Positions 25,031 to 33,217 are shown, counted from the first letter of the stretch. The stretch is 58,812 bases of DNA from Patescibacteria group bacterium (GCA_041666425.1 JBAYHA010000001.1:1-58812), one strand, 5' to 3'. Program-made: numbers and translations. The notes: a model not told the origin generated them from the sequence alone.

Positions 25031-26929
25031 GTGGAAATTTATCAGAAAAATTCAACAACTTGTTTTTCCAACTACAAAATGGTAAAATTAAAGCAAATTA
25101 TGGACAATCTCTGGCAAAAAATAAAAAAACAACCCTACTTATTCTCGCTAATCGGACTGATTATTATTTTTACGCCCATATATTTTTATTTGCCGACGCA
25201 ATTCAATGATCAATTTTACTCACCTGATGAAACGGCCAATTTTTATTTTGCCAAAAGTTTTGCGGACAAAAATCAGTTAAAAATTTACGAGCCGTTAAAC
25301 GAATTCGGCGCCAATATTGTCTTTCCTCGCTCCATCAATGTTACGCCAAAACACGAATTAGTAAGTGGCAGTTTTCTCGGATTACCGATAATTTACGGAC
25401 TACTTGCAAAAATATTTTCAACCGGCACAATAGTTTATTTCACGCCAATTTTATCTTTATTTTCAATTTTATTTTTATTTTTTGGTTTAAAAAACATAGC
25501 TGAAGAAAAAATCGCCTTTTGGTCGAGCGCCTTGGCGCTCGTGTTGCCGAACTTTATTTATTCGGCCAACAAAGGTTTGTTACCGCAAAATTTATTGATT
25601 TTTTTCAGTCTTAGTTGTTTCTATTTGTTGACTTTGGCAAAAATCAAAAGAAACGATTTTTTACTAATTCCGTCCGCTCTCTTTTTATCTTTAGCTTTAT
25701 TTGTCAGAACATCGGAAATTTTCTTTCTCGGATTTTTACTTTTGGCATTTTGGTTTATTTATGAAAGAAAAACAAAATTTTTAATTTACTTTGGAATACC
25801 CTTGCTCCTTGGTTTGTTCGGAATTTTATCAATCAACAAATTGGTTTACGGTTCCTATTTTTCGTTGGGTTATCAAGCGCTGGAAAACACCGCGCCTATT
25901 GCAAAAAATACTTTTTCTAAAATATTGGGATTTTTATTGCCATTCGGGCACAACTTATCCACCGTTTTTGTGCATATCCGCGAATATCTGTGGAAAATTC
26001 TATTTCCGATTTTCATTCCGGCGATTTTGGGATTATTGATGATTTTAAATTTGTCATCTCGACCAAAGTGGAGAGATCTGCTTTATTTTTGTTCAAAACA
26101 GATTTCTCCACTCGCTATGCTCGGCCGTGCCTCCGCCGAAGCGTTGCTCGGCTACACGCAGGCAGGTCGAAATGACAAAGAAAAAAATGCCGCTCAAAAT
26201 GACAACAAGAAAGTTGCTTGTCGAAATGACAAAAAGGACAACATTCAAAATGACAACAAAAAAGCTGCTGATCAAAATTACAATATTTTTTTCGCCGGTC
26301 TAATTATTTTTTTCACCATTATTTATGAACTGATTTTTTATGGCGCTTTTTCACCATGGGGACTTTCCGGATTGCCAAAAGATTTGCAAAGTTCAATCGG
26401 CTCACCGCATTTGCGCTATTTTTTGCCAATGTTGTTTTTGTTAATTCCTTTTTGGGTAATTTTTTTCACAAAACTCATTAAAACAATAAAACAAAAATGG
26501 CAAAAACCATTTATCATTTTTTCAATTTTCTTTTTTTTAATTTTCTCGTTAAACATGGTTTTTGATCAAACAGGCGAAGGACTTTTGAAAATAAAAAATG
26601 ACTTAACTGAATTTTCAACACGGCTGGAAACAATCAACAACGTTGTACCAAAAAATTCATTACTTATCGTTCCCGAATGGGCTGACCGCATATTTTTTCC
26701 GACTTACCAAGTCATCCAATCAATCAATGATCCAAAAATTCACGCCAAAGATCCAATAACTTTTTTGCCAAAAATTTTACAAAATACCAAAATTTTTTAT
26801 TACTCTTCCGAAGGATTCAAAGACATTGAAACATTGACCAAAAAATTAAACGAGCAAAATATTGATTTAAAATTCCTGCAAACTATATTTAAAGACGAAA
26901 ATCTTTATGTCCTTGAGCCGAGTAAATAA
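25031..26929 (+). CDS. Polytopic GT-C (ArnT/PMT, GT39/GT83-like) glycosyltransferase carrying an in-frame repeat insertion
   Basis: Many TM helices and an early YSPDETANFYFAKSF loop typical of GT-C enzymes. Start uncertain (25031, 25079 or 25100). Confidence 0.6.
   Translation: MEIYQKNSTTCFSNYKMVKLKQIMDNLWQKIKKQPYLFSLIGLIIIFTPIYFYLPTQFNDQFYSPDETANFYFAKSFADKNQLKIYEPLNEFGANIVFPRSINVTPKHELVSGSFLGLPIIYGLLAKIFSTGTIVYFTPILSLFSILFLFFGLKNIAEEKIAFWSSALALVLPNFIYSANKGLLPQNLLIFFSLSCFYLLTLAKIKRNDFLLIPSALFLSLALFVRTSEIFFLGFLLLAFWFIYERKTKFLIYFGIPLLLGLFGILSINKLVYGSYFSLGYQALENTAPIAKNTFSKILGFLLPFGHNLSTVFVHIREYLWKILFPIFIPAILGLLMILNLSSRPKWRDLLYFCSKQISPLAMLGRASAEALLGYTQAGRNDKEKNAAQNDNKKVACRNDKKDNIQNDNKKAADQNYNIFFAGLIIFFTIIYELIFYGAFSPWGLSGLPKDLQSSIGSPHLRYFLPMLFLLIPFWVIFFTKLIKTIKQKWQKPFIIFSIFFFLIFSLNMVFDQTGEGLLKIKNDLTEFSTRLETINNVVPKNSLLIVPEWADRIFFPTYQVIQSINDPKIHAKDPITFLPKILQNTKIFYYSSEGFKDIETLTKKLNEQNIDLKFLQTIFKDENLYVLEPSK
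26053..26257. repeat. GTCAT-family repeat cluster lying in frame inside the GT-C ORF
   Basis: 26053..26079 is gtcatctcgaccaaagtggagagatct. 26100..26176 is an inverted long unit ending gtcgaaatgac. Extra (g)tcgaaatgac and aaaatgacaac copies run to 26257. Confidence 0.75.
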
Positions 26930-27473
26930 AATTTCTTTTTTAATTTCCTCTTTGCTGAGTTTGCTTTTACTCGGGTATCTTTTTTTTATGAACTTTTCAC
27001 CGCTCGGTAAATTAACCATTATTTATAATTTTGAAAAATCACCATTTACCAAAGGCCTATGGCCGGCAACCAGAGTAAAAGAAATTTCTTGCGCAAAAAA
27101 TTGTGAGCAAGAAATAACCGGACAACCGGTCTATTTGGACATTTTGTCTCCGCAAAGATTTGAATCGGCCGTTTGCGAAGTCAATTATCAAGGCGAACAA
27201 CCGGAAAATTTTCGTTTGAGTTTGCGTGAAAACAACAAAGATTGGGGCTACCAAACGCCAACACCAAAAATAATTTCTCAAAATGACAAAAACGCTATTT
27301 TGCAAACAACTTTTAATTTGAGCAAAGCCAATTATGAACAAGGAAATTTGCGATTATCTTTTTCTCACAAAAAATTCGCCGAAATAAAATCTTATACGCT
27401 TGAATATATCAAATGCGATCTGGCAAAAAAGACACCGCTAAAAACATTTTTAAAAAAACTATGGAAAAAATAA
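26907..27473 (+). CDS. Hypothetical membrane-anchored protein
   Basis: N-terminal TM helix. Overlaps the upstream GT-C gene by 23 nt (operonic). Confidence 0.5.
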   Translation: MSLSRVNKISFLISSLLSLLLLGYLFFMNFSPLGKLTIIYNFEKSPFTKGLWPATRVKEISCAKNCEQEITGQPVYLDILSPQRFESAVCEVNYQGEQPENFRLSLRENNKDWGYQTPTPKIISQNDKNAILQTTFNLSKANYEQGNLRLSFSHKKFAEIKSYTLEYIKCDLAKKTPLKTFLKKLWKK

Positions 27474-27661
27474 AAAAAACCATTTTTGCCATTGTCCAGC
27501 CGATCATCGGACTGAGTTTTATCTTAACCATGATTTTGTTTTTATTGGAAATCTGGCGCCCCGGCTTTGTTTCTCTTTATTTTTCGGTCGAAATAGTTTA
27601 TCTGATATTTTTGTTTTCCGGATTCGGCTTTATTTTTAATGATTGTTTTTCACCAACGTAA
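27461..27661 (+). CDS. Small two-TM membrane protein (66 aa)
   Basis: MEKIKKTIF start overlaps the upstream stop. Two hydrophobic helices. The ORF opens at 27413. Confidence 0.4.
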   Translation: MEKIKKTIFAIVQPIIGLSFILTMILFLLEIWRPGFVSLYFSVEIVYLIFLFSGFGFIFNDCFSPT

Positions 27662-27700
27662 AAAACAAAAATCCCCGAACACACGCTCGGGGATTTTTTT
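27662..27700. terminator. Bidirectional terminator ATCCCCGA-N8-TCGGGGAT
   Basis: 8-bp stem at 27671..27694, flanked by an A-rich run and T7. Confidence 0.65.
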
Positions 27701-27757
27701 AAAAGCAACTACTTCTTGTTATAAAACAATCATGAATGAGAACACTTTTGTTGAGAA

Positions 27758-28351
27758 TTATCCTTCCCGACTTTCACCCAAATTTTTGTTCAAAACTCTT
27801 ATAAATTTCTGAGCGGTAAGATTTGGCGCCTTGTTTGGATTGGTAAAAACAGAACCAAACATAGTTGGCGCAGCCGCCCAGTCTTTGTGTTCTTCCTTTG
27901 GCCCCAAATTTTCACCTATCTGAACAAAAGAATTAAACATCGCGCAAATATTTTTGTAAAAGGCAAGCTCCACTATCGGGAACATTATTTTGTACTTTGC
28001 GTCTTTGTTAATATTACCACCACTCAAAAAACAGCCAACTTCTTGCGCCGAGATATCGGCCTCGAACTTTTGGCACCTTACAATATAATAATCACCCTCT
28101 TTCCGAATCTCTCCATCAACATTAAACAAAATATCAGCATAACCAAAATCAGCCCCATCAACTTGGCATGTAAAAAATTTTGAGGCTTCAACCTTTTTTA
28201 ATTTTTCATACAATTTTCCTTCAGCCTCATAGTCGTCGTTCTTTGGGCGAGACTCCGTTGTCCCCGGTTGTTTTTCATTCATAACTTTTATTATTAATTT
28301 TGTAATACCTATTTCTATTATAACACTTCTAACAAATAAACGAAAAATCAT
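27758..28351 (-). CDS. Hypothetical protein translationally coupled to the PIF1-like helicase
   Basis: ATGA start/stop overlap with 28348..29715. Alternative start MNEKQ at 28282. No recognisable motif. Confidence 0.5.
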   Translation of the reverse strand: MIFRLFVRSVIIEIGITKLIIKVMNEKQPGTTESRPKNDDYEAEGKLYEKLKKVEASKFFTCQVDGADFGYADILFNVDGEIRKEGDYYIVRCQKFEADISAQEVGCFLSGGNINKDAKYKIMFPIVELAFYKNICAMFNSFVQIGENLGPKEEHKDWAAAPTMFGSVFTNPNKAPNLTAQKFIRVLNKNLGESREG

Positions 28352-29715
28352 CTCTCCCTTTTGAAATATTCAACGATTTTGTCATCCATAATAATATGTC
28401 TTTTTTCTATTTTTCTTTTTAATATAATCCCCGACAAACAAGTCGCCCGACTCAACGCCACATACATTTGACCATGCGCAAAAGTTCCGGCACCAACATC
28501 AATCACCAAATTTTCAAAAGTTTTGCCTTGACTTTTGTGAATGGTAATCGCCCAAGCCAACTTTAACGGATATTGAACAAAAGAGCCAACCGATTTGCTC
28601 TCGATCCAACCATTGCTCGAGTCAAAATAATATTCATACAAATCCCAAGTGTTGGGCAAAACGGAAACAAAATCACCGGAATTCAATTCCACCACAATTT
28701 CTTCCATCATTTGTCCGGTTTCAAATTCACGCAAAATCACTTCCGCCACTCGACCGATACTACCATTATAATAAGCGCCTTCCGGATCATTGCGCAAAAG
28801 CATTACTTGGGCGCCGATTTTTAATTTCAAATTCAATTCAGTCGGCAAATGACGTTCGGTAAACTTGCCACTGACTTGACCGGTAAAAAACAGTTCATCG
28901 TTTTCGAGTTTGTTCAATCGATTAAAATTAATACTGTCCGCCAACGCATTAGTGGAAGTCAAATAAATCGCCAAATCATTCTTGTTCGGAAAATAGTTCG
29001 GCTCATGCCGACTGTTCAAAATTTGCAAATCTTGATCCGTCAAATTATTTTCGCGAACCTTGTTCAAAATATCAATAAACTTGTCATCTTTTTGGCGATA
29101 AATTTTTTCAAGTTCAAAAATTTTTATTTGAAAAGATGATTTCAAAAATCCTTGACTGGCAAAAACTCTCGCGGAAAAAAAATACGGACTATCATACTGT
29201 GAATGAAAAATTTTTCTATCCGCGCTTTGTACCACCGGTGGTAATTGATAAAGATCACCAAAAAAAATCATTTGCGCTCCGCCAAAAGGCAAATTAGCAT
29301 TTGCACCGTTAACGCGCATAAATTTATCAACACAATCAAGCAAATCGGCACGCACCATGGAAATTTCATCGATCACAATGGTTTCTATTTTTTCGTAAAT
29401 GGATCTGTTTTTCTTTTTTGATCCGCCGACTTTGTGAATTTTTTCGGGCGTTATATTGGGATGAAAACCAAAAAATGAATGAATTGTTTGACCGCGAACA
29501 TTAACGGCCGCCACTCCGGTCGGCGCCAAGACCACCAAGTTTTTGGCAGTATGAGTACGAAAATATTCAAGCAAAGTTGATTTGCCGGTTCCGGCTCGAC
29601 CGGTAACAAAAACATTTTCGCGAGTATTGTTGAGCAAATCAAAAATCTTTTGGAATTCCTCGGTGATTTCAATATTGCTCCAATCTTTGACTCGTTGTTT
29701 GGCGCGAAACTTCAT
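28348..29715 (-). CDS. PIF1/RecD-like SF1B DNA helicase
   Basis: Walker A VTGRAGTGKSTLL, Walker B IVIDEISMV, GDLYQLPPV, C-terminal TIHKSQGKTF ... YVALSRA. Confidence 0.85.
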   Translation of the reverse strand: MKFRAKQRVKDWSNIEITEEFQKIFDLLNNTRENVFVTGRAGTGKSTLLEYFRTHTAKNLVVLAPTGVAAVNVRGQTIHSFFGFHPNITPEKIHKVGGSKKKNRSIYEKIETIVIDEISMVRADLLDCVDKFMRVNGANANLPFGGAQMIFFGDLYQLPPVVQSADRKIFHSQYDSPYFFSARVFASQGFLKSSFQIKIFELEKIYRQKDDKFIDILNKVRENNLTDQDLQILNSRHEPNYFPNKNDLAIYLTSTNALADSINFNRLNKLENDELFFTGQVSGKFTERHLPTELNLKLKIGAQVMLLRNDPEGAYYNGSIGRVAEVILREFETGQMMEEIVVELNSGDFVSVLPNTWDLYEYYFDSSNGWIESKSVGSFVQYPLKLAWAITIHKSQGKTFENLVIDVGAGTFAHGQMYVALSRATCLSGIILKRKIEKRHIIMDDKIVEYFKRER

Positions 29716-29804
29716 AATTTGTTCATTTTACTATTTTTTCATCGGTTAGTAAAATTTTACGGTGCGTAAATTAAAAACGACGAACTTCGCCGTTTTTTAT
29801 TATA

Positions 29805-30341
29805 TTATTTATTTATTTGTTTAACGATTTTTGTTATATGTGATAAAACCTTATTATCTTTTTTTACATCCACATCATCCATATCACCAAAAGCGAAATA
29901 TCGCGGTTCGCCCCAAAAAACATATTTGGCAAAACACCAAGTGGAATTTTTTAAATCTTTCAGCACATTCGGAGTCGATTGACCACCAGTCATGATTAAA
30001 ATCAATTTTTTGGTTTTTAATTTTTTGTATTTATAAAAAGTATGACAGCGATCAATAAAATTTTTCATAATACCACTGACATTGCCAAAATAATCCGGCG
30101 TTCCAATAACCACCGTATCCGCCCAAATTAATTTTTTGTAAATTTCTGTCATGTCGTCCTTGATTACGCAACCAAATTTTTTTTGGCAAGCCGAACAACC
30201 GAGACAAGTTTTGATATTCTTGGTACTTAATTTGATAAACTCTTTTTGTCCGCTAACATTTTTTAAAATTTCTCCAAGAATAAAATCCGTATTCTGTTTC
30301 CTTGGGCTGGCGGAAATGATTAAGGTTTTTGGCATATACAT
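29805..30341 (-). CDS. Flavodoxin-like FMN reductase / iron-sulfur flavoprotein family protein
   Basis: LIISASPRK FMN-binding N-terminus and Cys cluster CLGCSACQKKFGC. Start reads ATG-TAT-ATG (30341 or 30335). Confidence 0.65.
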   Translation of the reverse strand: MYMPKTLIISASPRKQNTDFILGEILKNVSGQKEFIKLSTKNIKTCLGCSACQKKFGCVIKDDMTEIYKKLIWADTVVIGTPDYFGNVSGIMKNFIDRCHTFYKYKKLKTKKLILIMTGGQSTPNVLKDLKNSTWCFAKYVFWGEPRYFAFGDMDDVDVKKDNKVLSHITKIVKQINK

Positions 30342-30343
30342 TA

Positions 30344-30440
30344 GTTCATAAAGTTAGAAAGTTCATAAAGTTTGTAAAGTTCATAAAGCCTGCCAGACGA
30401 AGCTTCAGCGAAGGCTGGTTCATAAAGTTTCTAAAATATT
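30344..30440. repeat. 9-mer AAAGTT array abutting the flavoprotein start, interrupted by a GC-rich hairpin module
   Basis: gttcataaagt tagaaagtt cataaagtt tgtaaagtt cataaag [cctgccagacgaagcttcagcgaaggctgg] ttcataaagtt tctaaaata. Confidence 0.8.
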
Positions 30441-30710
30441 ATGCTACGAATCTGCGAATCCCTGCAAAATTACAAATGCTTCGAAATTTAATAAATTTAT
30501 TGCATTTATTTTTGTAGTATTCGAAGTTTTGTAGGTTTTAGTAGATTCGTAGCTTTGCTCCGTTGATCTGTTGACAAAATAAAAACTCAATAACAATACA
30601 ATTATAGCATTTTCTCGCTTCTTGCTCAAACAAAATGTCTTTAAAATAACTATCATTTTTCGAAAAAACACAAAAAAACAATAAATTTACTCAAAAGAAC
30701 ACCAAAACGA

Positions 30711-30739
30711 TTGACAAAGACAAAAATGTATGCTATAAT
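30711..30739 (+). promoter_or_regulatory. Consensus promoter TTGACA-17-TATAAT
   Basis: -35 at 30711..30716, -10 at 30734..30739. Drives the high-GC ORF at 30807. Confidence 0.65.
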
Positions 30740-30806
30740 ATAGTGTTCTTTAAATGTTAGCAAACCCGTGATCCCGAGGGCTACAATTTCGGGGATGGAG
30801 GAATAA

Positions 30807-31238
30807 ATGAAGAAATATCAAATCGCAACGGATTGTGGCCACACCGGCCACGCAGTAGCAACTCTTCACGCCGAGATCACTCTCGGATTGAAGAAGGGGT
30901 ACGGTGGGTTTCTTCAGGAAAAGACCGCCGTTCTGGACTGCCTCACTGCGTTGTATTGCCGTGAAGCGGAAGCTGGACGGCTGTTCATTCCGATGGTGGT
31001 GACCGATTCGGTCATCACCTATGCCTATCGCGTCGCCGACGGGAAATGGCACGGCGAGCATGAGCCCGCGCTCGTGCTATCCTCGGACAAATCGCCGCTT
31101 TACGCGGCGCATATTTCCGAAGAAAAGTGGCAGCTCCTCGTCGAGGAAACCGCTCACCATCTCGGTGAGCAGTTCGAACAGTTCCGCGTGTATGTCACAT
31201 ACTCGCGGGTTGAGGTTAAGATCTTTCAGAAGATCTAA
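30807..31238 (+). CDS. Hypothetical protein (143 aa) with strongly atypical high GC
   Basis: GGAGG RBS (ggatggaggaataaATG), its own consensus promoter and a strong terminator. Ala/Gly/Val/His-rich composition unlike its neighbours. Confidence 0.65.
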   Translation: MKKYQIATDCGHTGHAVATLHAEITLGLKKGYGGFLQEKTAVLDCLTALYCREAEAGRLFIPMVVTDSVITYAYRVADGKWHGEHEPALVLSSDKSPLYAAHISEEKWQLLVEETAHHLGEQFEQFRVYVTYSRVEVKIFQKI

Positions 31239-31252
31239 CTTCTAGGTATTAA

Positions 31253-31292
31253 GGCGAGTCGCTTCAACCGAAGCGACCCGCCTCTTTTTTTT
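31253..31292 (+). terminator. Intrinsic terminator GGCGAGTCGCTTC-AACC-GAAGCGACCCGCC plus T-run
   Basis: Roughly 12-bp GC-rich stem followed by TCTTTTTTTT. Confidence 0.75.
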
Positions 31293-31348
31293 AATTGAAA
31301 AATTATCCAATTTGAGGTAAAATTATTTTAGAAAGATTTCATAAATTT

Positions 31349-31849
31349 ATGCGCGTACCAACAAGACGAGGAGAAGAACAGGCTTTACGAAAAAATGATC
31401 CGTTTATCACCACGGATAAATATTTAGAATTAAAAAAGAAATTGGAAAATTTAAAAAAATCGCACCCCGTAGCAGCCGAGGAAGTAAAACGCTTGGCCGA
31501 ACTGGGTGATTTTTCCGAAAATGCCGAATATCAACTGGCCAAAGGCAAACTGCGCGGAATTAATCAACGCATGTTGGAAATAGAATATGTTCTCAATCAT
31601 TCACAAATTATTTTGCCAAATGAGAATTTTGCCACTGTTCAACTTGGACATACGGTTACTCTACTATCTGACGGCAAAGAAAGAAAATTCAAAATTCTCG
31701 GTTCAAGCGAAACCAATCCTTCCTTCGGCGTAATTTCTCAACACTCACCTCTCGGCCTCGCCATCCTCGGTAAAAAAGTTGGCGACATTGTCAAAATTGA
31801 ATTGGCAAACAAAAGAATCATGGAATATAAAATTTTAAAAATTGAATAA
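31349..31849 (+). CDS. greA: Transcription elongation factor GreA
   Basis: Coiled-coil N-domain with GDFSENAEYQLAKGKL and a C-terminal domain with SPLGLAILGKKVGDIV. Confidence 0.9.
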   Translation: MRVPTRRGEEQALRKNDPFITTDKYLELKKKLENLKKSHPVAAEEVKRLAELGDFSENAEYQLAKGKLRGINQRMLEIEYVLNHSQIILPNENFATVQLGHTVTLLSDGKERKFKILGSSETNPSFGVISQHSPLGLAILGKKVGDIVKIELANKRIMEYKILKIE

Positions 31850-31858
31850 AATGTTCGT

Positions 31859-31887
31859 TTGACAAAAAAAAACAATCTCGATATAAT
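31859..31887 (+). promoter_or_regulatory. Consensus promoter TTGACA-17-TATAAT
   Basis: -35 at 31859..31864, -10 at 31882..31887, immediately after the greA stop. Confidence 0.65.
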
Positions 31888-31893
31888 ACAAAA

Positions 31894-31991
31894 GTGCTTG
31901 AGGGCGAAAGCCCCGTTCGGCCAATCCGCTTGCGGATCATAAGCCGATAACCAGGCACAACAAAAAAGCTCTCTTAATTGAGAGCTTTTTT
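31894..31991 (+). ncRNA. Small GC-rich structured RNA (about 65-nt three-way junction plus terminator); class unknown
   Basis: P1 GUGCUUG (31894-31900) pairs with CAGGCAC (31952-31958). P2 is GGGC-GAAA-GCCC (31902-31913). P3 is UCGGC...AUCCG-CUUG-CGGAU...GCCGA (31917-31947). Terminator AGCTCTC-TTAATT-GAGAGCT plus T6. Confidence 0.45.
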
Positions 31992-31993
31992 GT

Positions 31994-32467
31994 TTATTCA
32001 TCTTCCATTTTTTTTGATCCGATTATTCTTTTTTTGTTATTAACTGACCAATATGGCATTACACTCCAAAAACAAAAATTACCAGAGTCCTCACCAATTC
32101 TTCTAACCACGACATTAATTCTAATGGCTTTGGAAAAACTTATTATTGCATAGAAACCAAACCATTCAATTATTTTTGTTTTATAAAAGCCATTCTTGTC
32201 ACACTCCCCAACCTGACATAAAAATCGACGATACTCCTGTATGGTCGTCGCCTTCTTTAATACACAAACAGCGTCACTTAAAAAACGAAACTTGTTTTGC
32301 TGAACCTGCTTATCCCGCTGACTTCGATGCCCATCGTAACAAAGATGATGAAATCCATCGGAATTAAACCGAATATCCGACTTTAGTGCTGGACAATATA
32401 TTCGGCCAACCATTTCATAGTTAATTCTTGCTGCATTTTTTATTTTTTTAAAATTTTCTTGATCCAT
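31994..32467 (-). CDS. Hypothetical protein (157 aa from MDQENF)
   Basis: ORF extends to 32512. Cys/His-rich (YCPALKSDIRFNSDGFHHLCYDGHRSQRD). No confident family assignment. Confidence 0.5.
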   Translation of the reverse strand: MDQENFKKIKNAARINYEMVGRIYCPALKSDIRFNSDGFHHLCYDGHRSQRDKQVQQNKFRFLSDAVCVLKKATTIQEYRRFLCQVGECDKNGFYKTKIIEWFGFYAIISFSKAIRINVVVRRIGEDSGNFCFWSVMPYWSVNNKKRIIGSKKMEDE

Positions 32468-32602
32468 ATTATAATCATAATGATGTATTAATTTTATAAA
32501 GTTAATACACACCCAGTCAATTTGAGGGGTGTTTTTATATTAATTTGAAAAAATTGACAAAAAAATCGCTCCACTTCTGGAACGATTTTTTTATTAACAA
32601 AA

Positions 32603-33217
32603 TTATTTTATGGTTTCGGAAATTTTTTCAACCAACAAATTCAAATCAAATGCTTTTTGCTCTTTTTCACAATCAGACTTTTGCGGCTCATCATAATTGA
32701 CACATTGTACTTTTTGGATAGTAAAATAAAGCGTAATCATCTTATTTTCTTTTTGGAAAGAATAAACATAATCGGTAAAAACACTCCCGGCAGCGCCTTC
32801 ACTTTTTTCCGTAACACAAAACTCTCGATTGTTTATTTTTATTTTACTTGTTTTTCCATCAGCGGAAACTTCCGATCCTTCGACAAAACAGTTCATTTTT
32901 TTCTCCTCAACCGAAACTGCCGGTGGCCAAAAATTTATTGCCGGATGAATATACGTTGTGTTAAAATCTTCCGGATATTGATAGGAGACATAAAACCTTG
33001 TCGTATCAGTAAACGTCTTCCAATTTGAATCAACCAAACTTATCGGGCATTGATCAAAATCACAATTAGTTCCAGAACGTACAACCGCCGATCCATCTGA
33101 ACAAATCTTGGCTTCCATGGTGCAAACGGTCGTTCTGGGACTGGTTATAAATTTGTAAGAAACAAAAATCCCAACACCCAAAATAATTCCCAACATCACT
33201 ATTAAAATTTTTTTCAT
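32603..33217 (-). CDS. Secreted or membrane-anchored Cys-containing hypothetical protein
   Basis: N-terminal hydrophobic anchor MKKILIVMLGIILGVGIFV and multiple paired Cys residues. Confidence 0.5.
   Translation of the reverse strand: MKKILIVMLGIILGVGIFVSYKFITSPRTTVCTMEAKICSDGSAVVRSGTNCDFDQCPISLVDSNWKTFTDTTRFYVSYQYPEDFNTTYIHPAINFWPPAVSVEEKKMNCFVEGSEVSADGKTSKIKINNREFCVTEKSEGAAGSVFTDYVYSFQKENKMITLYFTIQKVQCVNYDEPQKSDCEKEQKAFDLNLLVEKISETIK

Noticed and set aside
30329-30671. ORFs 30329..30517 (+) and 30444..30671 (-), and similarly 54086..54292 (-) and 54279..54690 (+)
   Set aside because: They are composed almost entirely of the dispersed repeat modules (translations such as VRKFIKFVKFIK). Such repeat-derived ORFs are classic spurious calls.
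30750-31245. Alternative ORFs 30750..31061 (-) and 31021..31245 (+) inside the high-GC islet
   Set aside because: High GC suppresses stop codons in all frames. Only 30807..31238 has an SD, a promoter at the right distance and a terminator right after its stop.
31894-31958. Assigning the small structured RNA to SRP (4.5S), 5S, hammerhead, purine/fluoride/ZTP riboswitches. Likewise assigning 11610..11826 to 6S and 11136..11404 to a T-box or RNase P
   Set aside because: Hallmark motifs I can recall are absent or only partially matched. These include the SRP GGAA tetraloop with AGCAGC, hammerhead CUGANGA...GAAA, T-box GGGUGGUACCGCG and RNase P GAGGAAAGUCC. The 6S idea rests only on size and weak AT-rich end pairing. 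All three RNAs are therefore left unclassified.
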